Shown here: positions 18,465 to 27,379 of the stretch, in pieces
How positions within the stretch are numbered: the stretch's first letter is position 1
How the letters are laid out: each line of letters starts with the position of its first letter
Source: Myxococcota bacterium
GTDB taxonomy: Bacteria > Myxococcota > B64-G9
Direction: 5' to 3'
Assembly: GCA_035528415.1 (NCBI GenBank)
Contig: DATKYQ010000022.1
Coordinates: 132,042 to 196,041 of the forward strand
Length of the DNA stretch: 64,000 bases
Position numbers and translations under genes: made by a program
Notes under the pieces: model-generated
What the model was told of the DNA's origin: nothing
Database searches by the model: none
Seen by the model: the letters and a program-made list of their open reading frames with translations, nothing else

Positions 18465-19835
18465 TCAACCGCCCGGAGCCAGAATGAATGGATAGGTCAC
18501 GGAAGTCTCGCTGCCCTCGGCACTCGGAAAGCGGATGGCCCTGAAACGGGCCGCGATACACGCCGCCAATTCGCTGTCACCTGTCGTGTTCTCTACGATC
18601 TCCACTGAGATGACCTTGCCCCCGGGATGAATGACAAAACGAATTACGATCTTGCCCTTCAGATCCGGATCGCGCTTCAGGCGTTTTTCGTAGCAGTGCT
18701 TTATACCGCCGATTCGCTGCCTGATCTTCTTGACGATGTCCTGTTGGCTACGGGAATCGGAATCGAAGTCTTCCAGGGCCGCCGATGTCACCCGGGCAAC
18801 CACGCGGGCTTCGGACTTCGTGCGTCCGCCCGAGCCGGCGGCCCCAACGACGCCGCGAGTGTTCAAGTCGCCGATCGAAGCCGCCGCGGCGCCGCCCATG
18901 CCGCGCTGGCCCTGCTGGCCCGCCGCAGTAGCGATGTCGAGCCCCCCGACTCCATCGAAAGCCCCGTTGCCGGAGCCCTCGACAGATCCGTCGCCGAACA
19001 CGTCCGCCACCGCGCCGCCGGCCGATACTCCGCCGGTTCCCCTCACGCCCAGCACCTTCAGCAACCCGCGACCGGATACTTTCTTCTCCATCTTCGCGCG
19101 CCGGACGGCCGCCGAGGCCGCCTTGGCTTCCTTGCTGTTGCCCGCACCGTCGCCGGCTTCTTTTGTCTCTTTCTTCTTTTTTATTTTCTTCTTCGGCTTT
19201 TCGACACCCTCGCCACCGGTCCCGTTATCCTTCTCCTGTGGCTTGGCTATCTCCTTGTCCGGCATGATCATCCTGGCGAAACGATCGGGGATGTCCTTCA
19301 TGGTCATCTCGCCGGCGGGCACCGTGTTCCCCGCCCAGATCCAGATCGTCAGCATGCAGGCCATCGTTATTCCGAAGGTGGACGTATATGGCCAATCGAT
19401 GTTGTGCACCCAGTAGCCCCGGACGATCTGGGGCAACTGCGGCCTGACCGGTTCGGGCGGCGGCTTGACAAACTGGAAAAGCAGAATGAAATCTCCGATG
19501 CCCACTCGGCCCCGCGAAGCGGCGCCCAACTTGATATAGTAGGTGGAGCCGCTCTTGCGCACCTGGCCCTGGCCCTTGAGCGCCTGCAGGTCGGCTGCCT
19601 TGTCCCCCACCGATATACGACCGGTCATCTTGTCGGTGAAGGCCAGGTAGTAATCCGAGCCCCGCATCTCGAACAGCTCGAAACTCTTGGGCGCATCGAC
19701 CCCGGGCAGGATTATGGTGTTGCGCGTGCCGGCTCCGACACTGACCGCAGCCCGCTTGCGAACGAGCTTTTCCTCGATAATCTTGCCGGCCCTGATCACC
19801 CCAATGCGTAAAATGTCTTCTCTTGCTTCCGCCAT
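18465..19835 (-). CDS. GltG/AgmX-like bitopic inner-membrane protein with TonB-C-terminal-like periplasmic domain
   Basis: 456 aa. About 150 cytoplasmic residues precede one TM (IDWPYTSTFGITMACMLTIWIWA). A Lys-rich then Gly/Ala-rich linker follows. The C-terminal approx. 90 aa (KKIRQRIGGIKHCYEKRL...GKIVIRFVIHPGGKVISVEIVENTTGDSELAACIAARFRAIRFP) resembles the TonB/AgmX-PglI C-terminal fold. It is encoded right after a TolQ plus two TolR homologs. Confidence 0.5.
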   Translation of the reverse strand: MAEAREDILRIGVIRAGKIIEEKLVRKRAAVSVGAGTRNTIILPGVDAPKSFELFEMRGSDYYLAFTDKMTGRISVGDKAADLQALKGQGQVRKSGSTYYIKLGAASRGRVGIGDFILLFQFVKPPPEPVRPQLPQIVRGYWVHNIDWPYTSTFGITMACMLTIWIWAGNTVPAGEMTMKDIPDRFARMIMPDKEIAKPQEKDNGTGGEGVEKPKKKIKKKKETKEAGDGAGNSKEAKAASAAVRRAKMEKKVSGRGLLKVLGVRGTGGVSAGGAVADVFGDGSVEGSGNGAFDGVGGLDIATAAGQQGQRGMGGAAAASIGDLNTRGVVGAAGSGGRTKSEARVVARVTSAALEDFDSDSRSQQDIVKKIRQRIGGIKHCYEKRLKRDPDLKGKIVIRFVIHPGGKVISVEIVENTTGDSELAACIAARFRAIRFPSAEGSETSVTYPFILAPGG

Positions 19836-19899
19836 GGCCCTGCGTCCTTCCAGTTCGTCAGGCCAAACCTGCCGCCTTTCAACGGTTAATGGTGCGGTC

Positions 19900-20508
19900 C
19901 TATTCCTCTTTCTTTATCACCGCGAACTTGTACTGGCCGTATTCTGCCTGGCCCGCCGTGTAAAGCACCTCTGTCAACAAGCGAAAAGGTACCCGCTTGT
20001 CTGCGATAATCGTCACCAAGCCCTTGAACTGCATTTCTCGTTTTTTCTTGTTGTAACGGGCGATCAGTTTCTCCCGATCCGCCACCTTTTTCAGCTCATC
20101 GTAAAGCGGAACGATGAACATCGAGGCTTTGTTGTTGTCCTTCTTGTACACGGCCGACACCCTGCCGTTCTTCACCTCGGCCACTTTCCTGGAACCCACC
20201 AGGATGACCCGATCCGAGATGATCAACTGAACGGCCTTCTGCGGCGACAGCTTGGTCGACGAATGAGGCAGGCGGGTGTCAGGCGAGGGCTGAATCTGCA
20301 TAGGATCGGACGAATAATCTTTAAGCAAGGCACACAGGACGACAGTGAAAAGTGCCATCATCGGCAGCATGTTCAGGTGAATCGGATGGTAACCTTCACG
20401 CTTCGGGCGAATCCTTTCACGCTCTTCGCCGTTTCCGGCAGGGCCCTGCCCCGGGCCTTGCCCCGGTTGAACTGGCCGACCTGCGGCTGGCGGTTGCTGC
20501 GCGTTCAT
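19900..20508 (-). CDS. ExbD/TolR-family proton-channel subunit (AglS/AglQ-like)
   Basis: 202 aa. It has an extended Gly/Pro-rich N-terminus, a single TM (MLPMMALFTVVLCALL) and a periplasmic ExbD fold (...ASMFIVPLYDELKKV...). Confidence 0.8.
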   Translation of the reverse strand: MNAQQPPAAGRPVQPGQGPGQGPAGNGEERERIRPKREGYHPIHLNMLPMMALFTVVLCALLKDYSSDPMQIQPSPDTRLPHSSTKLSPQKAVQLIISDRVILVGSRKVAEVKNGRVSAVYKKDNNKASMFIVPLYDELKKVADREKLIARYNKKKREMQFKGLVTIIADKRVPFRLLTEVLYTAGQAEYGQYKFAVIKKEE

Positions 20509-20535
20509 TGTTCGACTCTCCTTGACACGGCTTTC

Positions 20536-21135
20536 TCAGGCGATCTCTGGGCTCAGTACCACGTCGTAAAACAGGGCGCGCCCTTCGAAATCACGGGTTG
20601 CGTCCATCACTTGAACCAGAACCTCGTATGGCACGTCGGGCTGGGCATAGATGATAATCTTGGTTTCCTGGGGAAACTCGTTCTTTATCTTGACCATCTC
20701 CCTGGTCAATCTGTCCGTGTCGTAGCAACTCATCGGCGGCGGCTGGTTCTTAGCCAGCGCATCCCGGCAGACGGCGTCGGTTGTCAGCAAGGGAATCGTC
20801 GGACCCTTGGGCTCGGCGGCGCCCTCCGGCGTTTCGGCGTCGACCTGCCCGAGCACCCCGCCCACGCCGGCGATGAAAAGGCCCCTGTAGGTGACGCCGA
20901 CGGTCAGGTTGAGCTGTTTCTTGTTCTCCTGGTCCTCGGGCTTACTCAAACCGGGATCGAGGGGGTCCTGGTAACGTGGCGCGTTCACGTTGACCACCCC
21001 GATCTGGGCCAGCCCGGTGGAGGTGAAAAGAATGAACGCAACCAGACTGAAGACAATGTCCATGTAGGGGACGATGTCCAGATCAACCGGTTCGGTGGCC
21101 GACTTGGATCTTTCAGACGGTTTCCTGGCAGCCAT
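20536..21135 (-). CDS. ExbD/TolR-family proton-channel subunit (second copy)
   Basis: 199 aa. N-terminal motif LDIVPYMDIVFSLVAFILF with the conserved Asp in the TM, then the periplasmic ExbD domain. Confidence 0.8.
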   Translation of the reverse strand: MAARKPSERSKSATEPVDLDIVPYMDIVFSLVAFILFTSTGLAQIGVVNVNAPRYQDPLDPGLSKPEDQENKKQLNLTVGVTYRGLFIAGVGGVLGQVDAETPEGAAEPKGPTIPLLTTDAVCRDALAKNQPPPMSCYDTDRLTREMVKIKNEFPQETKIIIYAQPDVPYEVLVQVMDATRDFEGRALFYDVVLSPEIA

Positions 21136-21211
21136 CTTTTCGCCTTTCTTTCCTCTCTTGCGATTGACACCCGGGCACGAGGTTTGTTCCCCCGCATCTC
21201 GCCACAGTCCG

Positions 21212-21973
21212 TTAGCTTATGCGATCCATGGCGTTGACGCTGCCCTTACCCCTTGTAACCAGGAGGTTTTCCAGCTTGACGGAGTACTGGTCGATCTCGT
21301 CGATGATCTTTTTGGTCATATTGGTCAAGAACATGTGCCCCACCATGCAGATGACGGCGATGACCAGACCGAAGGCGGTCGTGTACATGGCCTCGGCGAC
21401 GCCCTGGGCGAGCACCTTGGCCTTGAGTTCGGCGGATACAGCGCCCACCGCGCCGAAGGCCGTGATCAGACCGGTGATGGTTCCCAGCAATCCGAGCAGG
21501 GTCGCCAGGTTGGCAATCTGGGCCAGGTTGCCGGTGCGCTTCTGCAACACGGGAACGATTTCCAGCGTGGCTTCTTCCACGGCGTTGCGGATCTCCATCT
21601 CACCGCGATTGGCCCTGGTCAAGCCCGCCTTGACTACTTTCGGCAGGGCGGCGGCCGGCGCGGCATTGCACAGCTTGATGGCCCGTTCGATGTCGTTGGC
21701 CATGACCAGTTTTTGCACTTGGGCCATGAACGCATCGGCATTGACGTTGTACTTGAAGAAAATAAAGATGATACGCTCGATGATAATGGAGACTCCCCAC
21801 GCCAACGTAATGCAGTTGACGTAGATGAAAGGCCCCCCTGCCTCGAAGAACCCGGCAATGGCGGCCATGATACCGCCCTCGCTGGCGGCCTCTTCGGCAG
21901 CCCAGGCCGCGACCGGGAAGAGCAGCATCAATCCGAGCAGTGTTTGTATCGAGAGCGACCTTTTAGATGTCAT
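21212..21973 (-). CDS. MotA/TolQ/ExbB-family proton channel (AglR-like)
   Basis: 253 aa. Signal-like N-terminal helix plus three TM segments. Signature LATLLGLLGTITGLITAFGAV...AEAMYTTAFGLVIAV. Confidence 0.85.
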   Translation of the reverse strand: MTSKRSLSIQTLLGLMLLFPVAAWAAEEAASEGGIMAAIAGFFEAGGPFIYVNCITLAWGVSIIIERIIFIFFKYNVNADAFMAQVQKLVMANDIERAIKLCNAAPAAALPKVVKAGLTRANRGEMEIRNAVEEATLEIVPVLQKRTGNLAQIANLATLLGLLGTITGLITAFGAVGAVSAELKAKVLAQGVAEAMYTTAFGLVIAVICMVGHMFLTNMTKKIIDEIDQYSVKLENLLVTRGKGSVNAMDRIS

Positions 21974-21996
21974 CGTTACTCCTCCTGAGACGCCGA

Positions 21997-22248
21997 CTAG
22001 AAAGGGACCTTCGTCGTCGACTGTCCGATCTTGGGTGCCAGCTTTTTCTGCAACAGCACCCCCTCAAAGTTCAAGTTGGAACGTGGCAAGAGGTACCAGA
22101 CTTCAGGCTTCTGGATCTTCCCCTCGACACGCGTCACTTCCTTGATGACAACCTGCTTGACACCCTTCTTCTTGGCATCGACCCGTCCCGCCCCGGCGAG
22201 CAACCCCGCAAACACGAGTACCAGCCACAACCACCTGATTATTGCCAT
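21997..22248 (-). CDS. Small (83-aa) membrane-anchored protein between the TPR genes and tolQ-like gene
   Basis: Start reassigned to ATG 22248 (MAIIRWLWLVLVFAGLLAGAGRVDAKKKG...): one N-terminal TM followed by a Lys-rich soluble segment. No homology recognised. Confidence 0.4.
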   Translation of the reverse strand: MAIIRWLWLVLVFAGLLAGAGRVDAKKKGVKQVVIKEVTRVEGKIQKPEVWYLLPRSNLNFEGVLLQKKLAPKIGQSTTKVPF

Positions 22249-22314
22249 ACCGACTATCCTTATAAATGATGAGCCCCGACCGGTCAAGCTTTGTATGGTC
22301 GCGGTTCTTCAGTT

Positions 22315-23991
22315 CTACTTCTCTCCTCCGCCAATCTTTCCCTCGTCCGGCACGGATTCTTCTCCCTCGTTATCCTTCTTGCCGCCCCCTGATTTACCGC
22401 CCGGAGGATCAGCCTCCTCCTCGTCTTTGCCGCCCCCCAGCTTGCCGCCGACTTTCGCCTTGGCTTTGGCTTCTGCCTTGGCATTAGCTTCCGCCCTGGC
22501 CTTGGCTTCCGCCTTGGCATTGGCTTCCGCCCTGGCCTTGGCCTCCGCCTTGGCTTTGGCTTCCGCCTTGGCTTTGGCTTCCGCCTTGGCATTGGCTTCC
22601 GCCCTGGCCTTGGCTTCCGCCTTGGCTTTGGCTTCGGCCTTGGCCTTGGCTTCCTCCTCGGCCTTGAGGCGCTTTTTCTCTTCATTCTTTTTCTTGCGAA
22701 TCTCTTCTTTTATCGCCCACTCGTGTTTCTTGCTGGCCTCTTTCAGATAGTCGGCCAGTTGCGGATGCTTGCCCCCCATGCCCCGGTACGCTTCCAACTG
22801 CTTGATGGCCATCTCCAGCCTCTCGGGCTTTTTCAGGCCGGGAATCTCGTCGTCGAGATAGAGCAGTCCCAGGTTAAAGACCACCCGCGGCTCATTGGGC
22901 TTGAGACCCAACGCCTTGCGGTACGACTCCTCCGCTTCCTTGTAGTGCTTGTCTCCCCGCAAGGCGTTGCCCAGGTTCAGGTAACCCTCGAAGAAATCGG
23001 GCGCCAAAGCGACCGCCTTGCGAAACTGCTCGGTGGCCGCGCTGTAGTCATGAGCCTTGCTGTACAACACTCCGAGATTGTTACGCGCCTCGGCAAGGTC
23101 GGGATCCAGCTCGACCGCTTTCTTGAACGAGGCGATTGCCGAGGAGATGTTGTCCATGCCCAGATAGACGAATCCCAGGCGGTTGTGGATGGACGCGTTG
23201 GTCTCGTCTATCTCCTTGGCCTTTTGCAAAATACGCTCGGCCAGTTCGAACTTGCCCCAGGCGTAATAGGCATGCCCCAGGCAGATCATCGCCGGCACGT
23301 TGCGCTCGTCGACCGAGAGGACGCCTTTTGCCTGCACCGCGGCGTCCTTGGTTTTGCCCGTGGCGATCAAAACGGCCGCCAGATGGTTGCGCAACGCCAA
23401 ATCCCTGGGTTCCGCGCGAACCGCCGACGAGACCGCTCCGCGGGCCTTGGCCGAATCACCCAGTCGAAGGTAAAGGTTGGACAGGTTGATTACCGACTGC
23501 AGGTGGGTTGGGTGTATGGAGAGCGCCCGCCGGTAAGCTTCGGTCGCCCGGGGGTACTTGCCCTGCATTTCAAGCAAGACGCCCATGTCGAAGTGGCACT
23601 GGAAACACTGGGGATTGTCTTTGGCCGCCTGCTCGACCATCCTCAGAGCCCCTGCGGGATCGGCGGCGGCAGCCCGGACGGCCGAAGCCAGGATCGCAGT
23701 TGTCTCGGTGCCCAGTTCGGGAAGCTTGGCAGCAGGCTTAGGTTGATCCTCTGCCTTTGCGGGCTGGACCGCGTCGGCCAGCTCTTCTGCCGGCGCTTCG
23801 GCCGCCGGTTGCTTGTCCTCCTCGGTCAGGGGCGCGATCTCCTCACCTTCCCCGGTCCCCCTCTCGCCCTGGGCAACGGGCTCGGGCGCAGGCTTGGCCC
23901 GGGGCCCGCCGGCGCAGGCGGCCATGAGGAACGCCAGCAGACAGAGCAACAGCACCGAGATATCGACATTCTTTTTCATCGCCAGTTCCAA
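22315..23991 (-). CDS. TPR-repeat lipoprotein with C-terminal (AEAKAK)n low-complexity tail; GltE/AglT-like
   Basis: 558 aa. Lipobox LMAAC, about 9 TPR units, then a basic Lys/Ala/Glu tail. It sits between a larger TPR protein and the TolQ/TolR genes, as gltE does in Agl-Glt core loci. Confidence 0.55.
   Translation of the reverse strand: MELAMKKNVDISVLLLCLLAFLMAACAGGPRAKPAPEPVAQGERGTGEGEEIAPLTEEDKQPAAEAPAEELADAVQPAKAEDQPKPAAKLPELGTETTAILASAVRAAAADPAGALRMVEQAAKDNPQCFQCHFDMGVLLEMQGKYPRATEAYRRALSIHPTHLQSVINLSNLYLRLGDSAKARGAVSSAVRAEPRDLALRNHLAAVLIATGKTKDAAVQAKGVLSVDERNVPAMICLGHAYYAWGKFELAERILQKAKEIDETNASIHNRLGFVYLGMDNISSAIASFKKAVELDPDLAEARNNLGVLYSKAHDYSAATEQFRKAVALAPDFFEGYLNLGNALRGDKHYKEAEESYRKALGLKPNEPRVVFNLGLLYLDDEIPGLKKPERLEMAIKQLEAYRGMGGKHPQLADYLKEASKKHEWAIKEEIRKKKNEEKKRLKAEEEAKAKAEAKAKAEAKARAEANAKAEAKAKAEAKAKAEAKARAEANAKAEAKARAEANAKAEAKAKAKVGGKLGGGKDEEEADPPGGKSGGGKKDNEGEESVPDEGKIGGGEK
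22459..22655 (-). repeat. In-frame 18-nt tandem repeat (approx. 11 copies) encoding an AEAKAK hexapeptide array
   Basis: Unit TTGGC(A/T)TTGGCTTCCGCC is reiterated across 22459-22655 on the + strand. It translates on the minus strand as AKAEAKAKAEAKARAEANAKAEAK.... Confidence 0.8.
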
Positions 23992-24007
23992 ATCCTCACC
24001 GTAGGCT

Positions 24008-27000
24008 CTATTTGCCGGCCGGCTTGATCCCGCTTTCGGCCGCGCGCAGCATCGGGGTGGGCCCGAATCGATCCACCACCATGGCGCCCTGCGGCTCTTT
24101 CTCCAGCGGGAACTGCAACGGTTCGAAGCGGTTCAGGCTGGCATAGGCCTTCTCGGTCCAGGTATTGACCACCTTGAACTCCTTCGATTTCTCCATCGCC
24201 ACCTGGTATGCCGAGACGGCCTTGCGAATGGGTGCCTCGGCCAGATCCTGCAGCTTGCCCTTGTAGATGTCGCACTCCTCCTCGTTGAGGCCCTTGGGGC
24301 AAGGCGACTTGACCAGCACGTCGGCGAAATTCTCGTACAGGTACCCCAGCCGGTAATAGGCGGCCAAGGTCCATTGGACACGCTTGTAGACGAACACCGA
24401 GCGGTAACGATCTTCCGCCTTCTTCAGCATCTCGGCCTTGCGCTTGAGCGTCTTCGAAAGCATGCGCGGCGACACATTGAAGGTGACATCCTCGTAGCCC
24501 TTGAGCGTCATTTCCGCCAGCTCGAACTTGGCCTGGGCCGCGGCCTTGGCCGCCTGCCCCCCGGCGCCCAACTTGTAGCTGTTATAAAGCTTGAGCGTCT
24601 CGGTATAGGCCTGTCTGCTACGGCGTCTGTCACCAAGTCTCTCCCAGGCCGCGGCTATCTTCCCCTGGGCAACGACCATCTTCTCGTGTTGGCTCGGATC
24701 TCTGCGGTAGGTCCGGATAAAGCGCCCGCAAAGAGCAATCACTTCCCGGTGGGACTTCTTCTTTTCGAGCACCACACCGGCGCGAAAGAAATTGTCCACG
24801 GCATCCGGGCGATCGGGGAAAAGCTTGGCATAGCGCTCATATGCCTGGGCCGCCCGGCCGTACTGCTGGTCACCCTCGAGGTCCACCGCGGCGTTGAATA
24901 ACGCGTCGGCGCGGAACTTTGAATCTTTGTAGCCGTCGACCAGCTTGAGATAGTTGTCGATCGCCCGCTGGAACTGGTAGCTGCTCTCGGCGCTTCCGGC
25001 CATCAGGAACAATGCCTGGTCAGCGAAGTCGCTCTTGGGATATTCCTTGACGATACGCTCGTAAATCTTCCCGGCGGACAGCGGACGGTTCGACCAGGTG
25101 TAGCAGAGCGCCGCGTTGTTCAGGGCCTTGTCCGAGGTCTTACCGCGAGGATCGTCATCGACCAACTTGATGAACTCGGATGCGGCGGCATCCAACTTCT
25201 GCCTGGCCTCCTCCTGCCGGCTCTCGTCTATCAGCGACTTGCCCCCCTGCATGAACTCGTTGGCCTTGTTGAAACGCGCGCCCAGTTCGAACTCCTTGAG
25301 GGCTTTCTTCTGCACCGGATCCCGGGACAGGGCGGCCAGCTTGCGGCTCCAGGCTTCCACTTGCGGCCAGTCCTGGGTGACGAGGTAGCTCTCGACGATC
25401 AGGTTGATCGAACTGGTGACCAGATCTTTGTCCTTCGATTCGGCCACGATGCGCGCAAAACGTTCTCGGGCCTTATCCAGGTGATCGTAAGCATAAAAGA
25501 TTTTTGCCGTGCGGAAGATCATGTTGCCGACTTGTTCGTCGTGCGGCATCTTGGCCACGTAGACATCGCAGGCGGAGATCAACTTCTTTCTGAGCGGCGC
25601 AATTGGCTTTTCCTTGAAATCCAGGTCCTTGGGACGATCCTTGCTGGTGTAGAGCTTGAGCGGCTCGAACCGGCCCTCTTTCTCTGCTAACTTTACCAGG
25701 TTGATATAGGCCAGGACGACGGCGTTGGCCGAATCGGTCAAAAACTCGCTACCAGCCGGATCATCGCGCACCTTAGAATAGGCAACGGCTGCCTTCTCGA
25801 AATCGAGCGAGTAGTAGTAACACTCGGCCAGATAGTAGCCCAGCTTGTAGCTGTCCCGCGTGTCCGGGAAGCGCGTGATGTAGTCGGCGTACACCGTGGC
25901 GGCCTTGGCGTACTCCTGCCTGGCCTCCTCGGGCCTCTCCTGCTCCTTGGCTCTCTGGGCAAGGGTGTGGTGGCGCACTGCGGCGGTGTACATGGCGTTT
26001 TCGGCCAGTTTGTCCGCCTCGCCGACGACATCGGCGTTGTCCTTGTTCGCCTCTCTCCAGCGGGAGCCGGGGCCGAAGGACGCCACTACTTCCTCTTGGG
26101 CCTTGGTGGCCTCCTGCGGCTTCTGCAGGTGGTAGTAGGCGTCGACAATCGCCGACATCAACTTCGGGTTGCCCTTATCGAGCGGGTAGCGTTTGATCGC
26201 TTCGCGATAAGCGGCGATGCACTTTTCAAAGGCACCGTCTATGAAAAACACTTCCCCCAGCTTGCGGAAGAACTCGCCGTCGTATTTTCGACCGCCGCGC
26301 CCCTTGAGGAAAGCCTTGGCGTTTTCTACACCGCTTCCCTGCCATTCCTGTTCGGCAAAGGAAATGGCAAGGTACTCCATGGCCTCCTTACGCAACTCCG
26401 TGCGCGAGACTTCCCCGGCGTCCCCGGCGTCCCCGGCGTCCTCGCTCCCCTTGTCGGACCACTTTATCAGCTCATCGAAACGCCCGACGGCTTGATCGAA
26501 CTTGTCGATCTTGTAGTATGTCCAGGCCAGCTTGTACAAGGCCTTGTCGTACATGCGGCTGTCCGGGTAATCGAGAACCTTGGAGTAGGCGACGATGGCC
26601 TGATCGAGCTTATTGGGATCCCCGAAGTAGGACTCGCCCATGCGAGTCCAGACCTCGGGAAGCAGCTTGCTCTTGGGGAAGCGCCTGGTGAAAGTCTGGT
26701 AGGCGGTCTGGGCCTCCGCTTGTTCCCCCTGCTCCTGGAGACAATAGGCCATCAAGTAGTAGGCGCCGTCCAACAGCTTGTAGTCGGGAAACGTCTCGGT
26801 CAGGTGCTGCAGCAGGCCGATGGAGAATTCGAAATGCTTTACCGGAGGTACGGGCTCGCTGGTCATCTCTCCCTTGTTGTACACCTGAAGCTGCTTGTCA
26901 TAGGCATCCTCTTCGCCGTTGAAGTCGACCTCGGATTTCTCGTAGTACAGTTCGGCCAGGCGCCACAACGCTCCGGGGGTGTAGTCGGGTGAATCGGGGT

Positions 27001-27379
27001 ACTTGGCCAAGAATTTCTTGAACACCTCGATGGCCTTGAGCCTGCGTCGGTTCTCCTCCTGCTCCAGCTTGGAGATGGCCTGGTTGTACGAGCCGACCAC
27101 CGCCTGGCGCTGCTGGGTGTATTTGCGCTCGACAATCTGCTGTACCTCGCGCTTGTAAGCCTTGGTCTGATCGCTGAAATCCTCAACGGCCGCCAGCATC
27201 TCCTGCATTTCCCGCTCTTCCTCGGTAAGCTCGCGGGGTGGGGCGGGTTTTTCCTTCTTGACGGCCTCGGCGTTCCCAGGCGTTGCGGAATCACCCCGGC
27301 CGCTGCCCGGCAGGGCAACCAGTAGCAACACGGCGATCATCGCCTGAAGCCGGGTATTAGTTGACCTCTTGGAGAACAC
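24008..27379 (-). CDS. Large periplasmic TPR-repeat protein; GltD/AgmU-like
   Basis: 1123 aa. Signal peptide (MIAVLLLVALPGSGRG) and TPR-like repeats throughout (AYYLMAYCLQEQGE, AVAYSKV, ALYKLAWTYYKID...). Its size and position directly upstream of the GltE-like gene parallel gltD-gltE. Confidence 0.55.
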   Translation of the reverse strand: MFSKRSTNTRLQAMIAVLLLVALPGSGRGDSATPGNAEAVKKEKPAPPRELTEEEREMQEMLAAVEDFSDQTKAYKREVQQIVERKYTQQRQAVVGSYNQAISKLEQEENRRRLKAIEVFKKFLAKYPDSPDYTPGALWRLAELYYEKSEVDFNGEEDAYDKQLQVYNKGEMTSEPVPPVKHFEFSIGLLQHLTETFPDYKLLDGAYYLMAYCLQEQGEQAEAQTAYQTFTRRFPKSKLLPEVWTRMGESYFGDPNKLDQAIVAYSKVLDYPDSRMYDKALYKLAWTYYKIDKFDQAVGRFDELIKWSDKGSEDAGDAGDAGEVSRTELRKEAMEYLAISFAEQEWQGSGVENAKAFLKGRGGRKYDGEFFRKLGEVFFIDGAFEKCIAAYREAIKRYPLDKGNPKLMSAIVDAYYHLQKPQEATKAQEEVVASFGPGSRWREANKDNADVVGEADKLAENAMYTAAVRHHTLAQRAKEQERPEEARQEYAKAATVYADYITRFPDTRDSYKLGYYLAECYYYSLDFEKAAVAYSKVRDDPAGSEFLTDSANAVVLAYINLVKLAEKEGRFEPLKLYTSKDRPKDLDFKEKPIAPLRKKLISACDVYVAKMPHDEQVGNMIFRTAKIFYAYDHLDKARERFARIVAESKDKDLVTSSINLIVESYLVTQDWPQVEAWSRKLAALSRDPVQKKALKEFELGARFNKANEFMQGGKSLIDESRQEEARQKLDAAASEFIKLVDDDPRGKTSDKALNNAALCYTWSNRPLSAGKIYERIVKEYPKSDFADQALFLMAGSAESSYQFQRAIDNYLKLVDGYKDSKFRADALFNAAVDLEGDQQYGRAAQAYERYAKLFPDRPDAVDNFFRAGVVLEKKKSHREVIALCGRFIRTYRRDPSQHEKMVVAQGKIAAAWERLGDRRRSRQAYTETLKLYNSYKLGAGGQAAKAAAQAKFELAEMTLKGYEDVTFNVSPRMLSKTLKRKAEMLKKAEDRYRSVFVYKRVQWTLAAYYRLGYLYENFADVLVKSPCPKGLNEEECDIYKGKLQDLAEAPIRKAVSAYQVAMEKSKEFKVVNTWTEKAYASLNRFEPLQFPLEKEPQGAMVVDRFGPTPMLRAAESGIKPAGK

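Noticed and set aside
18465-21973. Interpretation of tolQ-tolR-tolR-tonB-like genes as a Tol-Pal or ExbBD-TonB system
   Set aside because: There are two TolR-type genes instead of one, no tolB/pal/ybgF follow, and the TonB-like protein has a large cytoplasmic N-terminal domain. Flanking mglBA and TPR genes favour an Agl/Glt-type motor. TolB/Pal outside the window cannot be excluded.
22440-22660. Regularly spaced short repeats resembling a small CRISPR-like array
   Set aside because: The units are directly abutting 18-nt tandem copies with no spacers. They lie in frame within a TPR lipoprotein gene, encoding (AEAKAK)n, and there are no cas genes.
22031-22750. 239-aa plus-strand ORF with ALALASALALAS... 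repeats
   Set aside because: It is the reverse-frame translation of the AEAKAK repeat region and neighbouring genes. It spans two minus-strand genes and an intergenic gap.
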